Shown piece after piece: positions 9,812-22,900 of a stretch of 64,000 nt of DNA (position 1 is its first letter; every line of letters starts with the position of its first letter). The DNA lies in contig NMRA01000173.1 of NCBI GenBank assembly GCA_002633005.1, forward strand, positions 278,534-342,533, given 5' to 3'. Under the pieces are notes generated by a model. It was not told the DNA's origin. It worked only from the letters and a program-made list of their open reading frames with translations, and made no database searches. The position numbers and the translations under genes are program-made. Source of the stretch: Phoronis australis (taxonomy: Eukaryota; Animalia; Phoronida).

Positions 9812-12800
9812 ATGATGTCTTTATTGCCTCTTTTTGCATTGGCAATATTATTGAGAGATGCAGGTGGGATACACAATGAGCAAAACCCTCGAGTGTTACA
9901 CCGTTACGGTCTACTCACTTCATGCACTTGGTGCCAAAGTTAGCCCACTTGTTTTGGTGAAAACTTTTGTTGCTTTCCTGTACTGCCCTGCATGGTTAAC
10001 TTGTGTGATGCCTTTGCAAACCCTGAGTTTTAAAATCTACAAACTAATTTCAGTAGCCGGGATCTAGGATGGGGGGGGGGCAAAATTTTGTCTCGGGCAA
10101 TCGTGTTTTACGATTGCATGTGCGCACGCAGCCTGAAAGATAGGTGGACTTCTGGAGAATTTCTGGAGTTTGTATTAAAGAGGAAACGATGGACAAAAAA
10201 AAGAAACGAGAAATCGCTTGCGATTGGGTTTGAGCCGCCCCCTCCTCAGCCGCATGTTAAAAGTACCAGGATTAATTAGTGAATACAATATTTCCTCGCG
10301 TTTTATGTTTTTTACGACAGCTAAGGGGGGGGGGGGGGGNTTTTACCAGTCATAGGCATAGTAGAGCAGTGTAAAATGGAAAAAAATGTTAAGACGAAAT
10401 AGAAAATATGTTGTTGTGTAATTGCTGTTCTTGTACTTTCACTGAACTTAATCTTGCAATGAAAATGAGAATCCTTTTTATGTTGACACCTTTAGTGGCG
10501 GAGATTGGGCAACTCGATGACTGTCTTGTCCATGGTGAAATCTGCCTCTGTGTTCAAAGACACCATGCAGTTGTAAATAATTACACTGCCTTTGGACACC
10601 AAAGGCTGCTTATTTTATCATTCTTTAAAGATAACTCCGACAGGTTTGACCCATCATTTAAACACACTGGGGTGACAAAGGTATTTTTTCATTTTGAAAG
10701 CTTTTAAACTGCAAATTTTTTTAATAGTTTGTGAAAAGTACACGAGGTGAGATATTAGAATTTTGAAAATCTGACACGGAAATGTGACTTTTACAGCCTA
10801 AAACTTTTGAACAATGCTGTCAGTATTCTGCCTCTCATTAATTCTACTGAGTGTCCAACTAGATTGGGCCAATTTCTAAACCAACTGGCCACAGTTGGAC
10901 TTTGAGGTAAGCCAAATGTATTCGTACAATTATTGGCATAGCTATTAAAGAACCTCCTTCCTTTGGCCAATACCAAGAAGCACAGAAATCACTATTGTTG
11001 GAGATGACAATTACATTACATGATTTCTATCTCAAAAACTCTATATTAATTTGTCCAACGTATTACCAACGCATTGTTGTTGATGATTACCTCTACTCGG
11101 TGTTGAAAGTAGTTCTGCCAGGTTTCAATATGTTGTCCTACGGAAGAAAAGACTGTGCTTGGCAGTTATCAAAGGAGCTAGATATTATGACATGCTCCCA
11201 ACCGCTCACGTCTGAAAAAGTCACTGAACGGCAGAACACCGTAGTGTTATGTATGTCCGACTTTTGTGACAAATTCATCTTAAATCTACTGTTTTTAGCC
11301 TGTGGAATCCTGCAACACTAATTAAGTCAAGTCAAAGTTACAAACTTCAAGCTGGAAGTGAATTTTTACTTAAAAGCAGTTATCAAACTACTGTAAATGT
11401 TTCAGGTGCTGCAACCATTGAAGTAACTAACTCTTACCACAAGGGTTTTGTTAAAGTTGGTGACAGGTTCTCTATATACTGCAAAGTGACAGATATTGTG
11501 TCGAACACTCACTCGGTGCGATGGGAGAGGATAACTGGGGCCAATATCCAAGAAATCAGCCGTGACATTACTGTGGCTTCGCTGTTCAACCAAACTGGAC
11601 GTTACAGCGTTAGCTTAAATTATGATCCTACAGCGAAACGAATGGTCTACACTCTAGTAATAAAACGTGAGGAATAGTGTTTTGGCAGTACTTTATCTCT
11701 TTGTGTATATTTATTACTTTGCAAAAAATATTAACCATGCTTGTTACTTTGCCATAAGATTGTTTTGCATTTCTTTTCCGACCAACTTGAAATTTACACA
11801 CAACATGCAACTCACCAGTAACTCGAGGCCTGTTGTTTTTGGTCAAAATTGGGTGAAAAATGGGGTCATGCTGGATTTCTTTTATTGACTGATCATTTCT
11901 TGTTTTGATATCGAATGTTGCTATATTAGGTACCATTTTTTGTGTGATTGACATGAAATTTTATCTCAGCATACAAGTCTTCAAAATCGTAAGTTATAGT
12001 GTTATTTATTCAAATCAGAAACAAGATGGTGCTGTTGTGGCCATTTTTTTATTTTCTTTTCCGAGCCATAACTCTAGATGAAATTTGATGTTTGAACGTC
12101 CATTTCCCAATTTATTGTTCTCAAGTTATTTGATGATTGTTCTTTCGTTGACTGATCAGTCCTCACTGTCATATGGGCACTTAGGGCTGTTCCAACAAAA
12201 TCCGTATGGGAGGGGGATGTGGTAGTCTTTTGAAGAAAATTTAAATTATGGGTGGTCCTTCTTGAAAGAAGTATACAAAAGTGTGTGGTCAATACATTGA
12301 CTTTAATTGTGAATTGTTCCTTGGTGTCAAACAATTAAGAACTTGAACTTTGCCAAGTCTAGAAGTCATTTGGGAACAATTTGAGACCTACCTTATAGCA
12401 GTAAGCATGGATTGTATTAAAAATGTGAGTATGGGTGAATTGACCAACCCTGCCTAAAGTGTATGGGCCAATTTACAGGACTCGTAGGCCATGTTAGCTT
12501 TTTGTCCTTTGTCACTTCCAATTTTAATGGGCCCGTTGACCTGAGTTAATCAATCACATTGCCAATGAAATTATTTTTGCACGAATGACGAGGTTTGCAC
12601 GTTGGCGGGTAAGTGACCTAAATCAGTTCTTTTGACAAAAGGCAAGTTTACAGTACACAAGTTAAACGGCCTATTTCATGAATTTCATGCTTCGGGATTG
12701 TATACTAGTGATGAGCTTTAATTGTGATGGTGAATTAGTGTCGAGCTAGTAGAGTGGTGACCTATAGCATCTTGTGGCTAGAATTTGATTTTAACTCTTA

Positions 12801-15800
12801 ATTCAATTTCCACGTGATCCAATATTGAAACCATATTAATATACTAGCATATTATTATAGTGACGGTTGTTTTATTTGGTTTTCATTTACAGCCAGTCGT
12901 GTAGAAGACTCGAGTACTCTACGGTGTCGTCGCAATGACCAATCTGACCAAACAGTACTCTATGTCTATGGTGTGTATTAAAAAATTTTGATGGAGTTTT
13001 ATTTGTGAATATTTGGTACAGACAAAGTTCAAGAGTTTTTTTTCCTAAGCTTCACTTCTGTTTAAATTCTCCACTTTGAGAAAGTCAAAATTTAATTATT
13101 TTCCACAAGGTTGGAGCTTGTGTGCCAAGTTTTATAAGTGGGCGATATTAAAGAATCATATGAACTGGCTGTATTAAACAATCATATGAACTGTTAAGTC
13201 TATTTTTAGACTCTGTTAGAACAACGCACTGTCTTACATTTTTGAGCAATAAAATGAAATGCCCAGGTTCCTATGTTCAGAATCCAGAAAATTCGATTTT
13301 CACTGGAATTTTAGTGTCCCAAATTTTAAAGACATTCCAAAACTGGGCAGTGTTTACCATAATCCTGATATCAATAAGCAAACCAATGAAACCAATGCCA
13401 ACTTCCATTTGGAGTGGAGAGATCACCTGCAGTCATCTGATCTGGTCAAACTTTGAACTCGGCTCACTATAGCTTCACAATGTCCTATATATCAACACAG
13501 CTTTTGTGATGGTAAATGGCTTAGTTTTGTTTTTGACAAAAGGATAATACGCTCCCAAATCCTTTACAATTTACTCTATACTCCTTGGAACTAGACAACT
13601 TTTGACAGGATCTTGTCTGTATTTTTGAAAACTTAGCCATTTTCCATCACAGGGCAGTTCTATAAAAGAATGTTTTTCAAGGCGTTGTGTAATATTTGAG
13701 TGCAGTGATATAGAAAACATTTGTCTTGCACTCCCCAGTCATTTCGTCTCAACTAAAACTCTACCATTGTTGGTTACAGCCACACCATCTATCACAATAA
13801 ATGGGTTTCTTCCTGGACAGAAGGTCCAGTATGTGGCCAGAGATTATCAAAACAAAGGTGCCAAGTTCACATGTAGAGTCACTGGTGGTCATCCTCGTCC
13901 GGCAGTCGTTGTCAAACTGGGTAAACTGTTAATGTTACTTGATTTCAACACTCTTAAATTGAAACCAACTTGCTGGTTGAGATGTAAAAAATATGAGAAT
14001 CCAAATTTTGAGCAGTCAAAATTACTCGCTCTGCACAGATTAAACTGATTTCTAATATGACTTGTCTACTTGATTTGACATATTTATTAGTCAACAATAT
14101 TTTCATTGTGAAGAACACATCGTTCGGTTTTAAAAACCGGTTCCCAATGTCAAGTGATGTGCCCAAGGCCATGCTATGTGCCCAAGGCCACACTATGTGC
14201 CCAAGGCCATGCGATGTGCCCAAGGCCATGCTATGTGCCCAAGGCCACGCTATGTGCCCAAGGCCACGCGATGTGCCCAAGGCCACGCGATGTGCCCAAG
14301 GCCACGCGATGTGCCCAAGGCCACGCGATGTGCCCAAGGCCACGCGATGTGCCCAAGGCCATTCAATACTAGTAGAGCATTGTGAGTATGTAGTGCTTTT
14401 TTCCAATGACACCTGTTAATTCAAAGTGACATTATTGTCTGTTTTTTGTGCTGCATCTCATGAATGGGTCAAATCAGCCATGTAAATTAGTTTGCAGTGG
14501 TGAGCTCCAGTTGACTATATCATGTTTTAGGTAATGATGTGGTGACAAGTGCATTCAAGATCAGCACAGTGGAGCGCTCTGTTGGCACAAATGGGATTTT
14601 GGGCACACTATACGATGTAACAGCTGAGAATAACAAGTTCCCCATTCGGCCAGACATGGATCAGTTGTCGCTGACGGTTTACTCCACGACATATCCTTAC
14701 AGATCGATCTCTAAGAATATTACATTGGAAGTGCTATGTGAGTAATTTGATCCAAGTTATCAATTTCATATTGCGCCGTGATTAAGTATACACTGGTGGC
14801 GTTGGCTGCGAAAAAAATAATCTTTTGGAAAAGGAATTATAGTCTTCTGATTGGAATTAAACTGATTTGAGGAATGATTCTTTTGAAATATCCTGCATAA
14901 TAGGAGATGTTTTACGTAAATTTTAATACAAATGTTTGTAACAAGTGAACCGAATCTGCTAAGAGGATGTTGAACTGTTAAATTTTTAGTATTTGTAACC
15001 ATGCACGTTTGTAATTACCTGGGATGCCTTTAGTTTGTTTATGTGTGCTTTGAACTTTCCTTTGTCAGCTGCACCATCTATATACTGTGGTGGCCACTCA
15101 ACTCACATGGCGTTCCTAGGTACCAAAAACTACAACATGACCTGTTACATACATGGTCATCCGACCCCTGACCTCGTCACATGGTCATGGGATGATGAAA
15201 CTTTACAGCCTGGCATGAGCTCTTCTGATGACATTTCAGTCTCACGCAGAGTAAGTGATTTCCACATTCATTTGTATCCTTTTCAGACAGTTAAAGAGTG
15301 TTTCAGTCTATAATTACGAGAATCCATGAAATTTATGTCCTGGTCTCATTTCTTGTTCCATTTAGCATTGTGCTCTTTTTGATGAAAAAACCAATGTTTA
15401 TTATTTTGCAGAACTTAGCTACAGCAGTAGAAACTTCTGTTCACTTTGCTGTGGTTAAAAAGGCCGACTTTGACCGGAGGTACACCGTCAGTGTCAAAAA
15501 CTCTTATGGTACCACAGTGGATGTGGTTAGGCTATACGAAGGTTGGTAAACATATGCTGACTCATGATCTTATTACTCACGTTATATGTACGAATGTTTT
15601 AAAACTATGGGACACATTTTATCTTTAATTTTCAAAAATGTCCACAATCTGGCTCTTTCAAATGGGTGACACGTGTGGATACTTAAAAGGAGGAGTCTTC
15701 ATACAAAAACTGCCTTCAACATCTGAATGTAAGGATAGCATTTATAGAGAGATTGTACAATTAGTTAATGTGTTAGCTAATGTTATGGCTGCCATGAGAA

Positions 15801-17035
15801 AATATAACAAATTAGAATTCACGCGCAGGAGGCTTCTATATGAACAACAAGTATGCAGTATTGAAATACTAGATAAGTAAAAACTCCCACTTCCAGCAAG
15901 AAGTACATGTGACTGGTATGTGCTGAGTGTTGCTGAGCAATGCTTAAAGTGCCAAGTTGCCCTGCTAATTGACAAGAGTTGTGTGTAGGTCTCTTTTTTT
16001 ACTGTTTAGTATGTTCTACTGCTACTGGTCTTTAGAATTAAAATGCATTCTTTGTTCAGACTTGCAAGCTGAAAATGCTTTTATGAATAAGTTCTCTTTT
16101 GATACACGAATAGTGTGCAATATTCTGCAAAGGCAACTAGATCACACCTGGTCAGACCACATCCAAACAGACCCCAAACTCAGAACGCTAAAAAGTTCAA
16201 AAATGCTCTTGAAACAGAACTGTACATTAAGCTTCCACTTGAACAATCTTTATGATCATTTCTTGCTCAGTTTCGCTGTGGAATCCTTCTTCGAGTAGAA
16301 ACGGGATGCTTTACAGGTTTATCCCTGGAGGACAGACTGTGTGAGATATGTCACTCAGGACTAGTTGAGGATGAGTTTCATTTTTTGTTTCATTGTTTTT
16401 TATATGACAATATTATAGAAAAATGTTTTTCACACTACATTTAGCCTAGACCTCAAATTATTCTTGAACAGTGAATTTTTGTGTCATGTGTTTTCTAAGG
16501 AAAGTACCATACGTTCTTTAGCTAAATATCTCAGGGTTGCTTTTTCTATCCGGGAATTAAATTTGTACTCTACTGTTTCATAACTCCTGTTGCTGTTATT
16601 TGAGTGGCATGTCTCACAGTTCCTTCCATGTTTCTATCCATGTTGTGATTAATTGCTACAGTAATACACACACACAGGCTCTTCCATTCCTTCATTTTGT
16701 CATTAATTACTTTAACTGTTACAGTATTGTAAGCCTCGCTGAGGCTGGTTCACAGGTGCTTCTCAGGCTCAGAACTTGAAATAAACATGCATTTATTCAT
16801 TCATTCATTGTATTGTTAGCTATATTGTGTTAATAAAAGTTAAAACCTCCTTATGAATTTGCTATGTGCCTGGTGTCTACCTTTATAAAGTTTAACACCA
16901 GGTATTTAAAATACTGTAAGTCTGTATCTTAACTTGTGTTTCTCTTTTCTAGACACTAAGAAGACAAGTGAGTCATCATCAATACGTCTGGCCCTTATCT
17001 CTCTAGTTACATCACTTGCACTTCAATTGGTTTGA
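9812..17035 (+). CDS. Secreted, predicted GPI-anchored immunoglobulin-superfamily protein, three Ig-like domains, 377 aa
   Basis: Exons 9812-9863, 11406-11666, 12893-12970, 13780-13920, 14531-14737, 15069-15250, 15412-15541, 16953-17035 total 1134 nt, all GT-AG and in phase. Signal peptide MMSLLPLFALAILLRDAG. D1 has C..W..EDSSTLRC, D2 has FTCRVTGGHPRP, D3 has MTCYIHGHPTP..W..YTVSVKNSYG. Hydrophobic tail SESSSIRLALISLVTSLALQLV*. First and last exons are the least certain. Confidence 0.85.
14157..14362. repeat. 19-bp minisatellite, about 11 copies
   Basis: Unit atgtgcccaaggccacgcg. Explains the overlapping ORFs at 13954-14419. Confidence 0.96.
16060..16810 (+). mobile_element. 5'-truncated LINE 3' fragment (ORF2 C-terminus plus 3' UTR and tail)
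   Basis: Frameshifted PKLRT...LAQFRCGILLRVETG and DRLCEICHSGLVEDEFHFLFHC (CCHC knuckle), then aataaa and an (ATTC)n tail near 16780-16810. Confidence 0.8.
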
Positions 17036-17067
17036 CTTGGTATACCATGAAACAAATAAGTCAACAG

Positions 17068-17315
17068 AGGCCTGTTGTATCAAAGGTCTAAGTCCAGCCT
17101 TAGCTAAGATGGTTGGAAATTAAATTTAAATTTTAATTTGCAAAAAAGTTTATTACTACTTGGCTCGAGAAGGCTGTTAGTGAGCCCGAGTGAAGGCTGC
17201 CGTTGAGCCTATCAATTGTCGTCAACTTCATACCAATTTCAATGTTTTCACTCTTCCAATAAAAAGGGTTGCATTAACTATGTTTCTTAACTTACATCTT
17301 TGATAAAACTGACTC
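17068..17315. mobile_element. Harbinger-like MITE just 3' of the Ig gene stop
   Basis: Degenerate 18-bp TIR aggcctgttgtatcaaag / ctttgataaaactgactc, with 3-bp flanks cag/tag. Confidence 0.5.
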
Positions 17316-18944
17316 TAGAAGTTCCATTTCTCAGTATTGTGTAAGCTTAGTGTTCATGAAAGTAAAAGTAGTCAGTTACAGTGGGGGTATGCACAGTATG
17401 GGTGCCAGAGCTTGATCAAGAATGGGGCGCCCCCTTGTGACTGGCTACAGTAAAACTCATGACGTTGTCACTTTTTATGATTAATGATTGAATGAGTTTA
17501 TTAACTTTATTCAATTTTGAACCTCAACATTTTAGCAAAATTCTAATTTTTGTTCTAGACTTCAAAATCGTACATTTCTAGAAATACTTAAAATTTTATA
17601 TGCTTTGTTGATAGGTGTAGAGTACAAACTATGGTGAAATCATAACTTTTTTCACATTTGATTGAAATCTGACAAAAGCGTTTTTTCTGCCACATTGTGT
17701 TCCAACTTGAAGCTTTAGTTGTGGCACTTTGTGATTACATTACACAATACAATAGTTGTGGCACTTTGTGATTATGTAACACAAAACAATACATAACAAA
17801 ATGAGACAAACTACTGTTTCCCATCATGATGGCCAATTCATTTAGCAAAAATGTCTAAGGTAAGAAAATTGTAATTTCATAATGGCTTAGCCGTCTTCAA
17901 CTTACCTGTTAATTCCCTTCATTTTGTCAGGAGGGGAGACAACTCCCACCTTGAACATGGCTTCTGCACTGCCGTCTCAACAGGTAATTCCGAGACATTT
18001 CGTCTAATACTTTTGGCTTTACTGTAGGTTGTGTAGTTCCTTTTCAGTAATACGTTTAGTATTTTGTTCATACAAGACTAAGGTTGCTTTTATCGTAACA
18101 TGGCCTTGGTGTAGTTGGGAGAATTAAGATTCACGCTTAGTACCCATTGCTTGTTAATAATAAATGCAGTTAAGTTGTATTGACCGTGAAAACAACATTG
18201 GAATTTTTATATATTATTACAAAAGCTGTGTTTGGGCTGTTATTCATGTCGTGTTGAATTAAGTTTTCAGCTGCGCCATCATTCCATTTTTGAATATTGT
18301 CATACATTCCATTTCATACAAACATTGCCTTGATGATTTATTGATTCCCGTTATTGAATTGATTCAGAAGCTGTTTTAAATGTTGTCACTTTTACTATAT
18401 TTTGACTTCCAAATACATGTATTGTCAATTTGTTTTGATTCATTTGAATAATTTGCTCGTATGTTTACACTGGATATTTTTATACTAGAATGTGTAAAGA
18501 AAACAGGTTTTTATAATACATTCAGGATTTAACATTGTAAATAATCTACGCAGTTAAGTATTTTAAAACTTAAACATCTGAAACTGTAATTGGAATGAAA
18601 TTATCTGTATCTTTCATGAGCATTTACGCAGGACATAAATGTTTATTTTTATATTTTTACACTGATGTTTTTGCTGCCATACCAGTGTATTTAGGGTGGA
18701 TGTGACAGAAATAAAACAAATTTATATAATTGCAAATGTAATCAAATTTATTGCTTTGTTCATTGTTACTTAATTTAAGGATTCCCCAGCTGTGCATGGT
18801 TTCATAGTTTGCTGTAACTATGGTCCCTCGAGAGTGCTTGCATAGACTGCAGCTTTGGATACCTGACCAGCCAAATAACAAAATAACATGATTTATATAA
18901 CACAACTGTGTCACTACATACTGCTGACACAGAACACTTTGTTA

Positions 18945-19257
18945 TAGTCAAACCTTGTTACAACCAACATCAACAGCTCTTTGGATGTAATGACTGTATG
19001 TTGTAACCAGGCTAGGCTTACATGACATCACTAAGATGTAATGACTATGTTGTAACCAGGCTAGGCTTACGTGACATCACTGGGGTATAACGACTGTATG
19101 TTGTAACCAGGCTAGGCTTACATACGACATCACTCGGACGTAACGACTGTATGTTGTAACCTGGCTAGGCTTACATACATCAGGTAAAATCGGGTCATGG
19201 AAGTTTTACATTACATTGCAGTTAGCATATTAAACGAACCGTAATGAGGCTCGACTA
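18945..19257. mobile_element. Tc1/mariner-type MITE with 4 internal tandem units of about 50-55 bp
   Basis: TA|tagtcaaaccttgttac ... gtaatgaggctcgacta|TA. Internal unit tatgttgtaaccaggctaggcttac at 18984-19180. Confidence 0.65.
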
Positions 19258-19993
19258 TATTGTTTTCTTACAGCGCACAGGAGGAAATAAAAAAACCATT
19301 GGTATTATTTTTTCATGAATTAGTTTAAATGTAACGAAACAATTCATAATATGGTATAACTAGGACAAACGTATGCAGGCCATATTTATGTCAGAGAGCC
19401 ATGGCACATTATTGATTCCAACAAGTTAATTCATAGTTAGTTGTACCAGCAGAGTGCTGGGAAGGGTCAACACATCTGATGCATGCACTACCTAACGCAG
19501 TGCTTAGCTATTCTTCTGTTGTCCAGGTGCCGCCTCGTTTACAGCAGTTTCACAAAATATTCAAGTATGTTTAAGATGCAAAAATGATGGAACACTTTGT
19601 TTCTATTAAAACTTTTCGTTCACTACCAAATTCCTGAACTGAATATTGGAGCTGGGTTCAACACAACCTCAAAAGAGGTAACAAAATGACATGGTGTGAC
19701 AAGTTGAAACTTGGCCTTACTCAGGCGCCATAATGCAAATAGTTCATCTGCAGAGCATATGATGTGTTACCTTTTGAGTTGTATTATGCAATCAACATCT
19801 CAGATATATACACTACAACAATTTACCAGAGCAGTTTGTAAAATATGAAAAACATCACATATCACATGGTTAGCAAATCACCAATCCTTGAAGAGGTATA
19901 AATCAGTATCAAATTACATGCAACACTTTTAAACCTAACTTGATTTTAATCTTTCAAGACAGTAAACATAGTTTTCTCAGCTGTTGTCAGAAC

Positions 19994-22900
19994 TCACATC
20001 GTATTGGGATGTGCAAGGGCACCCATGGGGTCCCAGGGAGGCAGGACTTTTGGTTCTTGTTTGAAGACGGACATCACAGAGTCATCAATGTGCGCTTTAT
20101 CAACTACAACTTCATACACGTATTCTGTAAACCACTCATCGGTCATGACGAGGTAGCCTAGGCAATGCAAATGAGACAATTGTGAGACGTTTTTTTAAGA
20201 ATCTCAAAATATTACGTCCATGAAATGCCTAGTTAGAATCAAGGCATGACTCCTTCTTCATCTTCAAGAAGGAGCAAGTCAAGTTATTTCACAGAAAATT
20301 TCGCAAACAAGAGCAATGCTAAGTGTTGAAATGGGATTTTCATTAGTATCAACAGGGCTTGGAATTTTCCGCGGAAACGCGGATTTCCGCCTTTTTCAAA
20401 TGTGCTTTCCGCTTTTTTATAATATTTCCGCGTAAAAAAAATCGGATTTGATATAAAATTTCGGCGGCAAATTCCTTTCTTACCGCGGCGTTGCAGACGA
20501 TGTTCACCTCGAAAAGCGGAAGTTGCTCTTTATGTTTTGGAGGAACGTACATTGTCAACATTGCCGGGGCATCTGGGACAGCGTGGTGGGATTTTCAATG
20601 GCGTCTCGTGTTATTGTTAAGCGTGGCGACAAATACTACCGCGCTGCAGCTAAAAATGTGTGGGTTGGGAGTGGACGGGCGAGCTAAAAGGACGCAGACG
20701 CAACGCATGCATTGCTACTGATGGTGGTAACGTTTGTTTTTTTTTTTTATTAGTCCTCCCGATTTTTGTCGGGGAAAGGTTCACATTGACCATTGAAATG
20801 GTTATCGGGCATGATTTGGGCCGTAAAAGTTTCAAAGTTTCCGCGTGTTTTGTCATTGGTCATTCCAAGCCCTGTATCAAGAAATCGCTACTAGATGGAG
20901 CAGAATACATTGAAAATGGGAAAACTTTGTCGTCTTCCCCATAAAAACATATTTACCAAATATCATGAAAATCCGTCCAGGACTCAAAAGATACAGAAGA
21001 AAACAGAAAGAATTGCAATTGCCACTAGGGAACACAGTGGTAGTCATATCCATCCAAATATATAAAAAATAGAATTGCCTATGAGGTACAGTGGTAGGCC
21101 AATCCGTTAGACAAAGTTGTCAAACATTGCCAGATTCATAGGAATGCACTTATCATACTTCACAAAGATCCTACAAGGGGTTTAGCAGATGTGGATGTAA
21201 AAAAAGTAATTGCCACAAGAGAACACCACAGTAATCAGATCCGTCCCAAAATCAACATCAGCTGTGATTTCATCAGCAGGGAATTATCTACCAATTTTCC
21301 CAATGACCCTTGGAACAGTTTAGCGGATAGAGAGGCTGACGCCAAAAGTGAACTCGAAAATAAAAAGAATGAAAGCGTTCAGAGGTGCGACACTTGGCGA
21401 AATAAATTGAAAAGACGATGATTGCGACCATGACGAAGATGATAAATATGACGGTGATGGTGGTGGCAATGATGAACAACATAATAACATTCATATGACG
21501 AACGTAGATGTCAGAAATCAGTAAGAAATAGGCTACAGTCTTGTTCAATAGCAGGTTTACTAACAACAGTGCAGCAAATTCGGTCAAGAAAGTAACAGCG
21601 TTTTCAGAAAATCTTGAATAATTCAAGAAGCAGACATTTGAAAGCCCGTTCAAAATTCTATCTAACGATAGGATTCTGTAAAATTTTTGAAAAACTTTGC
21701 ATTTTTTTTAAATTGTAAATCAAATAACTCAAAAACGTTAAGTCTGAGAAGAAAAAATTGTTATAGGTCATTTGAATAGGGTATACTTTAGAGAATCCAC
21801 TTTCAAAAATTCACGTCACTTTCTCTTCCCATTTAAAATGGCACCCCAGCACGACTGAAAATGGGTTTAAATGTGCCAGACCCGCTATCCTGGAAGCAAC
21901 TTTCAGTTACGCTGCAATGGATAATAGATTGTCATGAGAAACTAATACCTGAAAAATTTCGAAGCAATTGATCCTATAATGCGCCCTCTACAGGACAAAA
22001 TGTTTTTGGCCCGAAATTGAGGTGCACACCTGAAATTGCCGATTTTTCAGCCAGAAGTAAAGGATTTTCAGTACACAGGTAGCACACCTATAGTGCAATA
22101 AACATACCGATTTTCATCTGTTTACATAAAAAATTATAGCCTCTATGAGCATTTGAATCTGAAATTGAAAACAAAATGGCCACCACATCCGCCATCTTGG
22201 ATCTGATCACGACGAAAAATAATAGGGTTCCAGGACTTCCGGAACTACATGTTGTGTGCAATTTTTTTGTTGTGAACACGAAGTCAACATTTATTGACTT
22301 GTTCACAATGTATTCATACTGCAGTGAATGTGAGGTCACTGTTTGTTGACTCATCAACACGCACACTAGCTAATTTGGACATCTAAATCAACATGTGAAA
22401 GACATGAACCATGCAGTGATGTTGCAAACTCGGAAGTTTTTGTTGTTTGAACACTGCATTCAATAATGCATTTGAAGCATTAAACATTTGAATTCCATAT
22501 GAGAGTCTGAGTCTGCTATGAGCAAATAGTATGCCGTCTGACAGGTTGCTATTATGTTACAGCCTATAACAAATAAACAAATTCGTATGTTTCTGGGTGA
22601 CAAGCTCAACTCCAAACAATTGACAAAACTGAATTGTTTGAGTACCACACAAGAATAGATGGAAACAAACATAAAGTTTGAAAAATAAAAATACACACCC
22701 TTTTCTGCAATATCTTTCTCACCCCAGGAATTCTCAACTCTGTACTTGATTGGATTGCCATCCTGTACAAAAATAATCATGTCGTTAAATATTGGAAGAT
22801 TGCTATTGTAATCTCAGAACTGCAGGCAGCGCAGCAAAGCACAGCACAGCAGCAGGCAGCACAGGGCCAGGCGACACAGGACCAGGCGGCACAGGGCCAG

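Noticed and set aside
10459-10533. Alternative signal-peptide exon MKMRILFMLTPLVAE for the Ig gene
   Set aside because: Weak donor (gtgaaa) and poorer hydrophobic core than 9812-9863; not fully excluded.
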